Shown: positions 20,143 through 32,032, counted from the stretch's first letter. The stretch is 64,000 nucleotides of DNA from an uncultured Chthonomonadaceae bacterium (GCA_963835065.1 CAWIEK010000050.1:96001-160000); one strand, 5' to 3'. Notes: generated by a model from the sequence alone, not told the origin. Made by a program: numbers and translations.

Positions 20143-20176
20143 CCTCTCTCCTACAAGGAGAGGGGCTTGGGCGAGG
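20143..20176. repeat. CCCTCTCC-type palindromic repeat
   Basis: CCTCTCTCCT-ACA-AGGAGAGGGGCTTGGGCGAGG. Confidence 0.65.
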
Positions 20177-20209
20177 ACACGAAAATTAGAAGTAGAACTC
20201 TCGGCAAAT

Positions 20210-20272
20210 GGTTGTTAAATTTTTACAACAGCCTTGACATATCTTCCAACATGTTGTAAAATATATACAACA
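20210..20272 (+). promoter_or_regulatory. sigma70 promoter with two 7-7-7 palindromic operators
   Basis: TTGACA (20234)-17 bp-TAAAAT (20257); TGTTGTA-N7-TACAACA at 20252-20272; GGTTGTT-N7-TACAACA at 20210-20230. Confidence 0.8.
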
Positions 20273-20379
20273 CCATCCGCGCAAGATGGCGTCATTGCAG
20301 GAAGCCCACGACGGCTTCCATTCTTCAAACTAAAGACTTGAAAAGGAGCCTGCGTTAGACCCCAACGAGGAGACAACTA

Positions 20380-20757
20380 TTGACCACACCAACCACCTTT
20401 GGGGAGTACATCAAGGAGCTGCGTCTCGAACAGCGTGTCTCGCTGCGCGCGTTTGCCGAGTCTATCGGCTCCGATCCCGGCAATTACAGCAAAATTGAAC
20501 GGGGAAAGATGGCTCCTCCTGCCGATGCTGCGAAGCTGGACATCTATCGCAAAGCGTTGTGCCTTGATGCCAATGATTTGCGGTGGCGTGAAGCGGTGCG
20601 TCTTGCTTCCATTCATCGCGGCGAAGTGCCGCCTCGCATACTTAATGATGAACAGTTGGTAGGCAAACTGCCCGCGCTGTTCCGCACACTGGAAGGAGAT
20701 GCCGTTGATGAAACCTTGCTCGATGAGCTAATCGCCACTATACGAAGGGAGTATTAG
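20380..20757 (+). CDS. XRE-family HTH regulator
   Basis: TFGEYIKELRLEQRVSLRAFAESIG...YSKIERGKMAPP; RBS GGAG. Confidence 0.9.
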   Translation: MTTPTTFGEYIKELRLEQRVSLRAFAESIGSDPGNYSKIERGKMAPPADAAKLDIYRKALCLDANDLRWREAVRLASIHRGEVPPRILNDEQLVGKLPALFRTLEGDAVDETLLDELIATIRREY

Positions 20758-20762
20758 ATTGC

Positions 20763-21356
20763 GTGAACATACCATTTCTTCCAGATGAAATGCTTGAAGA
20801 ACAGGCTGAAGCCTTTCTTGCCAAGTATCTGCCTCAGAGGGTTATTCCCATTCCAATTGAGGAGATACTGGAAACGGATTTCCGCGTCGGAGTTGTGCCT
20901 ATTCCGGGTTTCAGCGACCGTTTCGGCGTTGTTGGTTACCTCAGTACGGATCAGCAGGATTTGATGATTGATGAAAAAGTCATGACGCGGTATCCTGCCC
21001 GGTATCGTTTTACCATCGCGCATGAATTGGCGCACCTGCTTCTGCACGGCGACTACATACGGGAAAATTGCCCGGCTAACATTGCCGACTGGAAACGCTG
21101 GCTGATCGCAAGGGACGCCAAACTGTACACGCGCATGGAAACGCAAGCCAATCGCATGGCCGGTATGCTGCTGGTTCCACGCGCTGAATTAGCGGAAGCA
21201 TGGGAGCGGGCGCAACAGTACGCCGAAGAGCGTGGCATTGATACTACCGAGTTGGATCAGTTTGGGGTCGCGCATCTGGCGGAATGGATTGCCCGTGAAT
21301 TTGAGGTGTCCGGCAAAGTCGTGGAAATCGCGCTTGAACGCTGCAAACTGGTGTAG
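20763..21356 (+). CDS. ImmA/IrrE family metallo-endopeptidase
   Basis: IPIPIEEI, RYRFTIAHELAHLLLH, METQANRMAGMLLVP. Confidence 0.92.
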   Translation: MNIPFLPDEMLEEQAEAFLAKYLPQRVIPIPIEEILETDFRVGVVPIPGFSDRFGVVGYLSTDQQDLMIDEKVMTRYPARYRFTIAHELAHLLLHGDYIRENCPANIADWKRWLIARDAKLYTRMETQANRMAGMLLVPRAELAEAWERAQQYAEERGIDTTELDQFGVAHLAEWIAREFEVSGKVVEIALERCKLV

Positions 21357-21588
21357 CTCAAGCAAATGGCAGGCTGAATGTCTGTTTTACATAGTAACTC
21401 TGGAAGAAAAGCAAAAAGCGACAGGTTGCAACCCGTCGCTCCAGCCGCCTTCCAACGTCCTGAATGGGCGTCAGTCTGCAATGACCTCACAACCCATTGT
21501 AACATACGACGCCCTATACCGCAAGAACGAAATAGCGTTTAACATGAGTATACTCTGGCCTATGTGATTATTTGGGGAGGATGCTGAT

Positions 21589-22643
21589 ATGTCCGATCAA
21601 CTTACAATTCCCTCAACGCAAAATAAACTTTCTTCCAATTACAAGCATCCCGTTGTAAAAGAACTTGCTCTTCTGCTTACAAACGCAAGTTTGCAAGCAG
21701 TTCCTTTAGTCGGTTCGCCTATAGCTGCGCTTATATTTGGCGGTATCTCTCTTGCTAAAGAACGACGGGCACAGGCCTACTTGGAAGAGTTGGAACAAAA
21801 TCTGCATGAACTTGGCGAAGATACCATTTCACGTGAGGAGTTCACACATTTATTTACAATCACAGCCCGTGCAGCCTTAAACACACAACAAGAAGAAAAA
21901 ATACGACGCTTCGCCCAGTTATTTGCGAGTTTCGCAAATGGGAGCAATTTTGATCGTATTAGCGAGTATGAAGAGGCCGCACAGATTGTAACTGAATTGT
22001 CTGAACGGGAATTTCAAGTTCTCTTGATACTTGATTTGCACGAACGTACTGCACCCATTGATGCGCCTCCCGAACTGCGACGAACTTCAAAATCTTAATG
22101 GCATGTTCTGGGTACCCTTTCTTGATATGGTAGAGCAGGAGACGGGTATACCACTTTCTGAAATTCCGGGCGTACTTGAGCGGTTACGCCGTAGCGGGCT
22201 ATACCAAACTTGGCCGAATAGTCAGGGCGGAGGATTTCTTCACAAGGGCATTGTCATTGATCATGATTTAGGACATCTAACGGCTAATTTTGACGTTTTG
22301 ATGCATCTACTCCAGCACGAAACTACAAACCTGAAAGATAACCCAATAAATGGTACATCTCACCTAACAGAACCTGCACAGCGTGTGGATGACGTCTACT
22401 TTCGTATCTCTTCTAACTACACAGAAGAGGAGGCAGAAAGAATTTTACAAAGCATTGACGATAATACAGGATATATCTTTGTTGGATAGATAAAGAGGTC
22501 TCCTGATATGCACATGGGCAGCCCACGTGATCCATACAGATACACAGTAAATACTACACTCGCGCACTCTGCACAAACTATCGCAGATCGTTTGAGCAAG
22601 TTTCCAGAAATTGATGTAGTATCCTTCAATAAAAACATTTGTA
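21589..22643 (+). pseudogene. AT-rich hypothetical gene, N-terminus resembling DUF4393/Abi-alpha-like proteins; frameshift at about 22030-22090 and in-frame TAG at 22487
   Basis: VPLVGSPIAALI...QEEKIRRFAQLFAS...IVTELSEREFQVL; ORFs 22031-22489 and 22508- share one frame. Confidence 0.5.
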
Positions 22644-23282
22644 CTAAAAGTAGAACTCTACGTCGCGGCCCAACGTCTGCTGCATCTGGCGCAGGGTTTG
22701 CGCGGCATTGGCCTGCGCCTGCTGACAGATGCCGCTTTTCTCTGCCGCTTCCCGAAACTGCTGCGAGGCTTTTTCCTGCGCTTTGGGCACGATGTTGTCG
22801 TCGTGCCACACCAGACCCGGATCGCTCTGCTCCACGCGCACCCGGACGTTCGGCGGATAAATCGTAACGGGCGGCAAATGGACGCGCCAGACGGTTTTGC
22901 CGTCCACGTTCTTGGTCGCGGTCACATCTTTGGCGGACAGGGTTGACAGGTCTACGCCCGCTTCCACCGTGCCTTCGGCCACGACAAGCGCCTGATTGCG
23001 GGTCGCCCAATGCACCACGTTCGACACGCCCGGCATGTTCCCGATCATGCCTTCCGGTTCCACCTGCGTTTCCTGCCGCACGATGTCTTTCATCTTGAAC
23101 GACGCGGAATGAAGCTGTCCGATTTTCTGCATGGCGAGAACAACCGGCCCCATTTCGGGCGGCAGGTCACGCCGATGCGCCTGCCCGATGTTCCACAGCC
23201 AGGTTCCCGCCAGCCACACGCCCACAAACGCGCCGATGATGCGCCACGCCCATCTGCGCGGCCTGCCTGTCGTTCTTGCCAT
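22644..23282 (-). CDS. DUF4230-like membrane-anchored protein
   Basis: N-terminal TM; VAEGTVEAGVDLS, VHLPP, AEKSGICQQAQANA. Confidence 0.8.
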   Translation of the reverse strand: MARTTGRPRRWAWRIIGAFVGVWLAGTWLWNIGQAHRRDLPPEMGPVVLAMQKIGQLHSASFKMKDIVRQETQVEPEGMIGNMPGVSNVVHWATRNQALVVAEGTVEAGVDLSTLSAKDVTATKNVDGKTVWRVHLPPVTIYPPNVRVRVEQSDPGLVWHDDNIVPKAQEKASQQFREAAEKSGICQQAQANAAQTLRQMQQTLGRDVEFYF

Positions 23283-23304
23283 GTCAAAAAACCTCTTTTC
23301 AGAA

Positions 23305-23561
23305 TGTCGGTGTTAGGTATTCGGTATTCGGTGTTCGGGCACTTGTCAGTGTCAGCCGGTTCCGCGCCGAAAATTGGTTCGGAAGCGATCACAAGTCGTT
23401 GTGAGCGGTATGTCTGTACCAGACAGAGATACCTGATTTATTCTTATTGTATCTTATATAGGACGACTTCGCAGAGAGTTTCATTCTTTTCTTTTGCGCT
23501 TCGCGGCTATACCTCCCTGTAACCATCGAACCATCAAAATCCCGAACACCGAATACCGACA
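23305..23561. repeat. Inverted pair of TATTCGG heptamer arrays bracketing the intergenic region
   Basis: TGTCGGTGTTAGGTATTCGGTATTCGGTGTTCGGG (23305-23339) and CCCGAACACCGAATACCGACA (23541-23561). Confidence 0.85.
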
Positions 23562-23562
23562 T

Positions 23563-25665
23563 TTACCTAACGGTTACGCCAAGCTGGTCAAATAGAAAAC
23601 ACAATTCGTCGGTCAGGTCTTCGATCACTTTGCCCATCGGACGAGTTCCCATGTGGCCGGATTTCGTGTCGTAGTGCAGCAGTATGGGACGGTCCGAACC
23701 CGTCTGCGCCTGCAGCAGCGCGGCCATTTTGCGGGCATGGAGCGGCGCGACGCGGGTATCCGCATCCCCCGTCACGAACATTACGGCAGGGTATTTCGCG
23801 CCGGGCGTGACCCGATGGTAGGGCGAGTATGCGTACAGGGTTTGGAACTGTTCCGCGTCTTCGGAGGAGCCGTATTCCGGCACCCAGTAGCGGGCCACGA
23901 GAAACTGATGGTAGCGCACCATATCGAGCAGAGGAACCGCGCAAATCACCGCCCGGAACAGGTCGGGACGTTGCGTGAGCGCCGCGCCCACGAGCAAGCC
24001 GCCGTTGCTGCCGCCCATGATGGCGAGTTTATCCGGGTTGGTGATGTTCTGCGCCGTCAGCCACTCGGCAGCGGCCAGAAAGTCGTCGAACGTGTTCTGC
24101 TTGTTGGCAAGCATCCCCGCCCGGTGCCACTCCTCGCCGTATTCGCCGCCGCCGCGCAGGTTCGCCACCGCGTACACCCCGCCCTGCTCCGCCCACAACG
24201 TCGCAAACGAGGAGAAATAGGGCGTCATGCTGGCCGTAAAGCCGCCATACCCGTACAGCAGCGTGGGACGCGCGCCGTCAAGCGCAAGCCCTTTTTGATG
24301 CAGCAGGAACATCGGTACGCGCGTCCCGTCTTTGGACGTGTAAAACACCTGCTTCACTTCAAAGCGGGCCGGGTCAATGGGCACGTTCATACGCGCCCAT
24401 TCGCTTGTCGCGCCCGTTTCCATATCATAGCGCGTAACCACAGCCGGAACCGCAAACGACGTGAAAGTATAAAACGTTTCCGGGCTGTCCCAACGCCCAT
24501 ACAGGCCGCTGGCCGAGCCGAGCGTGGGCAATTCAATGTCGCGCAGGTGCGTTCCCGCCGCGTCGAAAACCCGGACGCGGGAACTCACGTCCTGCAAATA
24601 GTTCAGCACGATATGCCCGCCCGCGAGTGAAAACCCTTCCATGACGGCATCAGGCGATGTGGGAACCAGTTCGCGCAATTGTTCGGCAGGCAGGGGCGTA
24701 TCTGTCGGGCGCGTTAAATCCAACTGCGCCAGGTCAACCGTCAGCAGGCGCTCGTTGGGCGCGTTCCAGTTGGTTTGCAGGTACAAATTGTCGCCGCCAA
24801 TGTCGCCGTAAAACCGCGCTTCAATAGTGGTAATCAAGGGCACAATGGGGTTTTCGCCGCTTCCGTCTTTATTCAGCCGTTGAATGTACAGATCGGTTTT
24901 GGTGGCGGCGGAACCATAAAAGACGTTGAACAGCAGATAGCGTCCGTCTTCGGAAATCTGGACGGTGATGTACTTGCCCTTGTCGTACCGCGCGCCAAAT
25001 ATTTCCACATTCCCGGCCATGTCCGCGCCGAGCGTATGTCGGTAAGCGCGAGGGCCGTTGTCGGTTTCCAGCGAATAGTATAGCGTCTGCTTGTCCTGTG
25101 TCAGCGTGGTACTCATAAAGCGGGCGCGGGGCAGTACGTCGGCCAAATCCGTCTTATCCGCCACATTGAGAAACCGGATTTCAACCTCGTCCTCGCCGCC
25201 CTGCCGAATTCCATACACGAGCAGCGAACCGTCGTCGGAAATATCCTGCATGGAAACCGTCACTGATTGATCCGCGCTCAGGGTATGGGGGTCAATCAGA
25301 ACCTCGTCTTCGCCGCCCAATCCCACGCGGCGATACAAGACGGGCAATTCCTCATCGGCGCGGCGCTTGCTGAAAAAGTAAGCGTTGTGCCGAACAGTGG
25401 GGATGCCGATGGAATCAATACGCGCCAACTGGTTCAACCGTTGCTCAATCAAATCTCTTCCCGGTGTTTGGGCAAGCAGATGGCGCGTATAAGCGTCCTG
25501 TTCCGCAATCCAGGCGCGGGTTTCCGGGCTGTCCTGATCTTCCAGCCACCGGTACGGGTCCATAACGTCAACGTCGTGCAGCGTTTCGACAACATTGTCC
25601 TGCCGCGCGGGAAGGGGGCGCGTTGGAATTACATTCCCCGTCTGTGAACCTGTATCTGCGGTCAT
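23563..25665 (-). CDS. Prolyl oligopeptidase (S9A)
   Basis: [36 protein letters not shown], catalytic SGH. Confidence 0.95.
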   Translation of the reverse strand: MTADTGSQTGNVIPTRPLPARQDNVVETLHDVDVMDPYRWLEDQDSPETRAWIAEQDAYTRHLLAQTPGRDLIEQRLNQLARIDSIGIPTVRHNAYFFSKRRADEELPVLYRRVGLGGEDEVLIDPHTLSADQSVTVSMQDISDDGSLLVYGIRQGGEDEVEIRFLNVADKTDLADVLPRARFMSTTLTQDKQTLYYSLETDNGPRAYRHTLGADMAGNVEIFGARYDKGKYITVQISEDGRYLLFNVFYGSAATKTDLYIQRLNKDGSGENPIVPLITTIEARFYGDIGGDNLYLQTNWNAPNERLLTVDLAQLDLTRPTDTPLPAEQLRELVPTSPDAVMEGFSLAGGHIVLNYLQDVSSRVRVFDAAGTHLRDIELPTLGSASGLYGRWDSPETFYTFTSFAVPAVVTRYDMETGATSEWARMNVPIDPARFEVKQVFYTSKDGTRVPMFLLHQKGLALDGARPTLLYGYGGFTASMTPYFSSFATLWAEQGGVYAVANLRGGGEYGEEWHRAGMLANKQNTFDDFLAAAEWLTAQNITNPDKLAIMGGSNGGLLVGAALTQRPDLFRAVICAVPLLDMVRYHQFLVARYWVPEYGSSEDAEQFQTLYAYSPYHRVTPGAKYPAVMFVTGDADTRVAPLHARKMAALLQAQTGSDRPILLHYDTKSGHMGTRPMGKVIEDLTDELCFLFDQLGVTVR

Positions 25666-25845
25666 ATTTCAGCATCCTTTGGGTTAATTTTCAACTTTTT
25701 GAAGCGGGCTTTACCTTTCATTGGCAAACCCGATAACAGATTTACGAAGTTCAGAGCCTATTCATTTCAATTTTATCAACACGCGCAAAAATAAAGGCAG
25801 GCTCCCCGTAAAAGCCTGCCACTGGTTCTTCGCTTAATCAGATAA

Positions 25846-26808
25846 TCAGAAAGAGGAGGTAACCGCAAGATTAAACCTAACTTGCTTTGCCTGCCGATGC
25901 TGCCGAATAGCGGTCAGCAGATGATAAGGCGCGGGGCTGCCTTCGGGAGCGTTGAGGTCGGGACGTTCCACTGCGCCAAGCCTTACTTTGGGCTTGACGG
26001 ACGGGCCGTGAAAATCCGACCCGCCCGAAGTGAGCAGGCCATGCCGCGCGGCCAGATCAAGGTAACGCGCCGTGTCTTCTGAGGAGTGCAGGTTGTAACG
26101 CGCTTCGATGCCGTCCAAGCCCATGTCGCGCAACTGCAAAATGTAGGCTTCCGTGGCTTCGCAGGAGCCGCGCTTGCAGTTGTTGGGATGTGCGAGAATC
26201 GCCACTCCGCCCGCCGCGTGGATGAGATATATGGCCTCTTTCGCCGTGACTTTTTCTTTCGGAACGTTGCCCTTCGCGCTTTCCGCCAGATACACGTCAA
26301 ACGCTTCCTGCACACTGCCGACCAGCCCTTTTTAAATCAGCACACGGGCAAAATGCGGACGCGCAATGATATCGCCGCCCGCAATGGCTTCTACTTCTTC
26401 CAGCGTAATGTGAATGTTCCGGCTTTTCAGTTCGTCAAGGCTGTTCAGTTTGTCCACCATGCGAGCGTTGCGATTGACTCGATTTTCCTGAATGTCATGC
26501 AGGCGGGAAAGCAAAACGGGATTGTTTGGATCAATGCCCAATCCTAAAATATGGCACTGCCCCCGCTTTTCGCCCGGAACCGCCTCGATTTCCGCGCTCA
26601 ACTCGATTCCCGCAATCACTTCCACGCCCAAGCGCCGCCCCGCTTCCAGGGCTTCGGCAACGCCGTCCGTTGTATCGTGATCCGTAACGGCAATCGCCGT
26701 CAATCCCGCTTCTTTGGCAAGCGCGACAAGCTGCGTCGGGGATTGGTCGCCATCTGAAGCGGTCGTATGGGCGTGAAGATCAACACAGCGCAATTCGGGT
26801 TCCGGCAT
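25846..26808 (-). CDS. PHP domain protein, homopolymer frameshift near 26335
   Basis: DLHAHTTASDG, AVTDHDT, GIELS, RPHFA; LAHP and GGSDFHG in the second frame. Confidence 0.9.
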
Positions 26809-26819
26809 GACAGGCTCCT

Positions 26820-26868
26820 GTTAGGCATTAGGCATTAGGCATTAGATATTAGATATTAGATATTAGGG
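26820..26868 (+). repeat. TTAGGCA/TTAGATA heptamer array (x7)
   Basis: TTAGGCA x3, TTAGATA x3, TTAGGG; directly upstream of the PHP gene RBS. Confidence 0.92.
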
Positions 26869-27169
26869 CTACAGTTTGAGATGTGAACGAGAATATCGAA
26901 CAGCTGCCTGCGCTCAAAGCAGGGGCGGCTCCCCTTGAGGAGTGCTGCTCACAGGTGGCGCAGAACTGCTTGATGTGGTTGTAGAAAGCGTACCAGAACT
27001 TCTTTCGCCGCGTCAAGCAAGGACCTGCGAACAGAAGCCTTTACCTTATAAGTGTGGGGAGCCGTCATGCAGAAACATTTGTACGCGATAAGCGTAAAAT
27101 TGTTGGTAAGTTTTTCAGGCAGGCGGCAGGTTTAACCAATAGCCGCTTGAACAGGAGAGATCACAACAC

Positions 27170-29446
27170 ATGGAACCCACTCGAAGAGACTTCATTGCGA
27201 CCGGTATTGCGCTTGCGGGGGCGGCGGGACTGACGCTGACGGAAAACGCCGCGAACGCGGCGGAACCGCATCCTGAACTGGGGGCGTCCGGGGAATCGCT
27301 TGCCGGCAATGCAGCGGACAAAGCGCAGGACCTTGCCACCGCCACAACTACAGATAAAATGCCGCTGACTACCAATCTGGGACAGCCGATCAGCACCGAC
27401 CAGAATTCGCTGCGGGCAGGCGGGCGCGGCCCGGCCTTGCTGGAAGACTTTGTGCTGCGCGAAAAGATTCAGCACTTCGATCACGAGCGCATCCCGGAGC
27501 GCATCGTTCATGCGCGGGGCGCGGCGGCGCACGGTTATTTTCAGGTGTATCAATCGCTTGCCGACATTACCGCCGCCAAAGTGCTGCACGACCCGGCGGT
27601 GAAAACGCCCGTGTATGTCCGGTTTTCCACCGTTGCCGGATCGCGCGGTTCGGCGGATACCGCCCGCGATGTGCGCGGCTTTGCCGTCAAGATGTACACG
27701 CAGGAGGGCAACTGGGACCTTGTCGGCAACAACATCCCCGTATTCTTTATTCAGGACGCGATTAAATTCCCCGACCTGATCCATGCCGTAAAGCCCGAAC
27801 CGCACAACGAAATACCGCAGGCGGCTTCCGCCCATGATACTTTCTATGATTTCATTTCACTGACGCCCGAATCCATGCATATGCTGATGTGGGTAATGAG
27901 CGACCGGGCGCTTCCCCGCAGTTTCGCCATGATGGAGGGCTTTGGCGTTCACACATTCCGGCTGGTCAATGCGCAGGGCAAGTCCACCCTCGTCAAGTTC
28001 CACTGGAAACCGCTTTTGGGCGTCCACTCGCTTGTGTGGGACGAGGCGCAGCAGATTGCGGGGAAAGACCCGGATTTCCACCGCCGCGATATGTGGGAAT
28101 CCATTGAGCAGGGCCGCTTTCTGGAATGGGAATTGGGCCTGCAAACCATTCCCGAAGGCGAAGAGGGTAAATTCGATTTCGACGTTTTGGACGCCACCAA
28201 AATCTGGCCCGAAGAATTGCTGCCCGTGCGTCGGGTCGGCAAAATGACGCTCAACCGCAATCCCGACAACTACTTCGCCGAAACCGAGCAAGTGGCGTAC
28301 AGCACCACCAACATCGTGCCGGGCATTGATTTCACCGACGACCCGCTGTTGCAGGGGCGCAACTTCTCCTATCAGGATACGCAGTTAAGCCGGCTTGGCA
28401 GTCCCAACTTTACCGAACTGCCGATCAACCGCCCGATTTGTCCCGTATCCAACAATCAGCGCGACGCCCACATGCGGCACACCATCAATAAAGGCCGCGT
28501 ATCGTATTCGCCCGCATCGCTGGACGGACATTCGCCTGACGAAGCGATCCCTCCGCGCGGCGGATTTGTCAGCTACCGGGAGACGGTAAGCGGGCCGAAA
28601 GTGCGCGAACGCAGCAAAAGTTTCGATGACCATTACGGACAGGCGCGCTTGTTCTGGAACAGCATGACGCCGCCCGAAAAGGAGCATATCGTCAAAGCGC
28701 TGCAATTCGAGTTGAGCAAAGTGGAAACTCGCGCCGTGCGGCAGCGGATGCTGGGCCATCTGGTAAAAATCAACGACGCGCTGGCCGCGCAGGTTGGGGC
28801 GGCGATTGGCGAAACCGCGCAGGGCAGCCAGGCTCCCGCCAAGCCCGGTGGAACCGCCGATTCGGTAGAGGAAACCCGGTCCCTCGCCAATGCCACAACG
28901 CCCACAACAGCATCGGGCGGCGTACAAAAGTCGAAGGCATTGAGCATGGCAGGGCAGCCAAGCAGCGCGAAATCCCGGAAAGTGGCGATACTGGTGGAAG
29001 CGGGCGTGGATGGGACGCAAGTGACTGCCATGCAGCAGGCGCTCAAAGCGGCGGGCGCGGCCAGTGACATCGTCGGCCCGCACCTGGGAACGATTGGCGG
29101 CAAAAACGGCGCGAATGTGGAAGCCAACAAAACGTTTGCCAACAGCAGCCCGGCCACTTACGATGCCGTGTACGTGCCGGGTGGTACAAGCGGCGCGGCG
29201 CTGAAACTGAAGGGAGACGCCCGCGTTTTTGTCGCCCAAACCTACAAGCACGCCAAAGCGATTGGAGCGACGGGCGAAGGCGTAGACCTGTTGACAGCAT
29301 CCCTGCCGGAAGGCGCGGCTATGAACCAGATGGGCGTCGTTTCGGAGCGGGAAGCCGCGCAGCGCGATGCCGCTATCCAGAAGTTTATTGCCGCAGTGGG
29401 GACAAGGCATTGGGGACGGCCTTCGCTTGATCGCGTATCGGCCTAA
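27170..29446 (+). CDS. katE: Large-subunit (HPII-type) catalase with twin-arginine signal peptide
   Basis: [42 protein letters not shown]-terminal DJ-1-like domain; MEPTRRDFI. Confidence 0.95.
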   Translation: MEPTRRDFIATGIALAGAAGLTLTENAANAAEPHPELGASGESLAGNAADKAQDLATATTTDKMPLTTNLGQPISTDQNSLRAGGRGPALLEDFVLREKIQHFDHERIPERIVHARGAAAHGYFQVYQSLADITAAKVLHDPAVKTPVYVRFSTVAGSRGSADTARDVRGFAVKMYTQEGNWDLVGNNIPVFFIQDAIKFPDLIHAVKPEPHNEIPQAASAHDTFYDFISLTPESMHMLMWVMSDRALPRSFAMMEGFGVHTFRLVNAQGKSTLVKFHWKPLLGVHSLVWDEAQQIAGKDPDFHRRDMWESIEQGRFLEWELGLQTIPEGEEGKFDFDVLDATKIWPEELLPVRRVGKMTLNRNPDNYFAETEQVAYSTTNIVPGIDFTDDPLLQGRNFSYQDTQLSRLGSPNFTELPINRPICPVSNNQRDAHMRHTINKGRVSYSPASLDGHSPDEAIPPRGGFVSYRETVSGPKVRERSKSFDDHYGQARLFWNSMTPPEKEHIVKALQFELSKVETRAVRQRMLGHLVKINDALAAQVGAAIGETAQGSQAPAKPGGTADSVEETRSLANATTPTTASGGVQKSKALSMAGQPSSAKSRKVAILVEAGVDGTQVTAMQQALKAAGAASDIVGPHLGTIGGKNGANVEANKTFANSSPATYDAVYVPGGTSGAALKLKGDARVFVAQTYKHAKAIGATGEGVDLLTASLPEGAAMNQMGVVSEREAAQRDAAIQKFIAAVGTRHWGRPSLDRVSA

Positions 29447-29500
29447 TGTGCAAGCCAACTCAAGGCAGACGACAGTGAGTTTGCAATAGAGGAGAACTGG

Positions 29501-29524
29501 AAAAGCCGCGAAATCGCGGCTTTT
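29501..29524 (+). terminator. Rho-independent terminator
   Basis: AAAAGCCGCGA-AA-TCGCGGCTTTT. Confidence 0.75.
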
Positions 29525-29639
29525 CTGTTGCAAGCGCTGAGATACGCTTTGAAAATCAATCTTCTTAGTCTTAAAACGTATATGAAATATGTTGTAAACG
29601 GAAGAGGTGAATGTGGAGAAGTACGGAGGAGAAAGCCCC

Positions 29640-31187
29640 ATGAGCGCAAGGCAAATTCTGATTGTCGGAGCCGGGCCAACGGGACTCGCGCTGGCGCTGT
29701 TTCTTGCCAAAGCCGGCGTGATGCCGCGCATTATTGATAAGAATTCCGGTCCCGGTCAGGCGTCGCGCGCTATGGCGGTGCAGGCGCGGACGCTGGAATT
29801 CTACCGCCAACTCGGTTTCGCCGAAGAATTGGTGAGCAAGGGCATTCCCATCGAAGCCATTCACCTGCGGGCGCATGACCACATCGTTTCGCAGATTACA
29901 ATCGCCGAATTCGGCAAGGGCATGAGTCCCTACCCCTTCGTACTCAGTTTCCCGCAGGATGACCACGAGCGGCTGCTTGTCGCGCACCTCCAGGCTGCGG
30001 GTATCGAGGTGGAGTGGGAAACGGAATTAAAGGAACTGCGCGATACGGGCGAGGCTGTTGGCGCAACCTTACAAAAGAAGGACGGCACGCAGGAGGAGTG
30101 TACCGCCGCCTACATTTGCGGCTGTGACGGCGCGCGCAGCACAGTGCGCGAAGATTTACGGCTCGGATTCGCCGGAGGAACCTACGACAAGACGTACTTC
30201 GTGGCCGACGTGGAAGCAACGGGCGAAGCGGCGCAAGGCCGTAACTTCAGCTTCTGTCTCGGCGCGCAGGATTTTTTGATCGTGCTGCCCGTCCGCAGTA
30301 CGGGCATGAACCGGCTGATCGGCATTGTCCCGGAAGAATTTAAGGGGCGGGAGAACGTTGTTTTTGACGATATACGCCCGTTTGCCGAAAAAGCGGCGGA
30401 CATTCGCGTGGAAAAAGTCAACTGGTTTTCCACGTATCGCGCCCATCACCGCGTCGCCGAGCATTTCCGCGCAGGCCGCGTGTTTGTTGCGGGCGATGCC
30501 GGGCATATCCACAGTCCCGTCGGTGGGCAAGGTATGAATACGGGCATAGGCGATGCCGTCAATCTGGCGTGGAAACTGGCCGCTGTGGTTGCGGGCCGCG
30601 CCGATGCCTCCCTCCTCGACACCTATGAGCCGGAGCGTATCGCTTTTGCCCGTTCGCTCGTGGCAACGACAGACAAGATGTTCCAACTGATGACCGGATC
30701 GGGCAGAGGCAATCAACTATTTCGGGAAACGCTGTTCCCGCACCTTGCGCCGTTCGCGTTCGGCTTTTCGGGAGCGCGTACCGCCGCCTTCCGCATGGTT
30801 TCCCAAACGCGCATCAACTACCACCAGAGCGCGTTGAGTGAAGGGGAAGCGGGCGATGTTCATGGCGGGGATCGCCTGCCCTGGGTTCCGCAGGCTCAGT
30901 CTGATGGGGGTGACAACTTTGCGCCGCTGCAATCCGTAGACTGGCAGGTTCATATTTACGGGGTTGCGGAACAAGCGCTGCGCGAGGCTGCGCAAAACGC
31001 CAACCTTGCCCTGCATGAGTTCGGCTGGAACGAGCAGGCGGAAAAGGCCGGATTGAAGCGCGATGCCCTGTATCTTATCCGGCCTGACGGCTACGTCGCG
31101 CTTGCGGACGCGGGGCAGGATGTGGCAAAACTCCAAGCCTATCTTTCCAAATTCAAGATCGCGCCGCGCAATACGGTGGCTTTGTAG
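29640..31187 (+). CDS. FAD-dependent monooxygenase (aromatic hydroxylase family)
   Basis: IVGAGPTG, GCDGARS, GDAGHIHSPVGGQGMNTG, LIRPDGYV. Confidence 0.92.
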   Translation: MSARQILIVGAGPTGLALALFLAKAGVMPRIIDKNSGPGQASRAMAVQARTLEFYRQLGFAEELVSKGIPIEAIHLRAHDHIVSQITIAEFGKGMSPYPFVLSFPQDDHERLLVAHLQAAGIEVEWETELKELRDTGEAVGATLQKKDGTQEECTAAYICGCDGARSTVREDLRLGFAGGTYDKTYFVADVEATGEAAQGRNFSFCLGAQDFLIVLPVRSTGMNRLIGIVPEEFKGRENVVFDDIRPFAEKAADIRVEKVNWFSTYRAHHRVAEHFRAGRVFVAGDAGHIHSPVGGQGMNTGIGDAVNLAWKLAAVVAGRADASLLDTYEPERIAFARSLVATTDKMFQLMTGSGRGNQLFRETLFPHLAPFAFGFSGARTAAFRMVSQTRINYHQSALSEGEAGDVHGGDRLPWVPQAQSDGGDNFAPLQSVDWQVHIYGVAEQALREAAQNANLALHEFGWNEQAEKAGLKRDALYLIRPDGYVALADAGQDVAKLQAYLSKFKIAPRNTVAL

Positions 31188-31354
31188 TTGCGCTTGATGG
31201 AGACAAGCCTTTCTTCAAGCAACCCATTTGGAACGCCAGTGTTCTTCGGCGCCAGAATGACCGTCTTTGTCGGGTACAGTAAATACCGTTGTATCCCGTA
31301 AGCAGCCGAGTAAGCCTTGAAAAAACATCCAAAACCAATTCCCGGAGATTGCCC

Positions 31355-31983
31355 GTGCCGTTTCACTCTAACAAGCCATTTGCCCGACCACCCTCTGGCT
31401 GCTTGCGGGCGTTTGCGTTGGCGCAGGCAGCCTTTGGTATCTTCGCAGGCGACGCGCCCGGACAAACCGTACAACGAATGGCTCGTCAGGCAAAACGCCA
31501 CTTCCCATTCCTAACGCAAACCCCGGCGATATACTCCTCTTTCACAAAGCGCGGGGGCTGAACCGGCTGATTACCGGCTTTACCGGTTCCCCCTTCTACC
31601 ACGCCGCCCTGTACGCCGGGGAGGGCAAAACGGTGGAAGCGCGAACGCCGGGCGTGGTGAGTCAGGATTTGCGGGGGCGGGAAAACGATTTTGTAGTCGC
31701 TCCCGCCCCGGAAGGCAAAGGGGAAGCCGCGCTTGCCTGGGCAAAGTCACAGGTCGGCGATGCGTATGATGATCTGGATGTGGGCGTGATTATTCTGGAT
31801 CACTTATGCCGTTTCATCCATTTCAACTACACGCCCCGCAACAAATACTCCTGTGGCGAGTTTGTCGCCGTTGCCTTTGACAAAGCGGGCGTTCCCCTGT
31901 TCCCGGAGCGCGATCTGGGCGATGTGGTTCCCGGCGACTTCGCGCCATTCGTGCCGCCCCTGCAACGGGAACGAGCGCGCTGA
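31355..31983 (+). CDS. Permuted papain-like NlpC/P60 (YiiX/YebB-like) protein, probable 5' frameshift
   Basis: The frame of ORF 31633 extends upstream as a TM segment then PGDILLF...SPFYHAALY...VEA; later YSCGEFVAVAF; start inferred. Confidence 0.72.
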
Positions 31984-32032
31984 TTGCGCCAACCTTGTTG
32001 AAAGTATAACACGCAAAGGTCTGTGAAATTCT

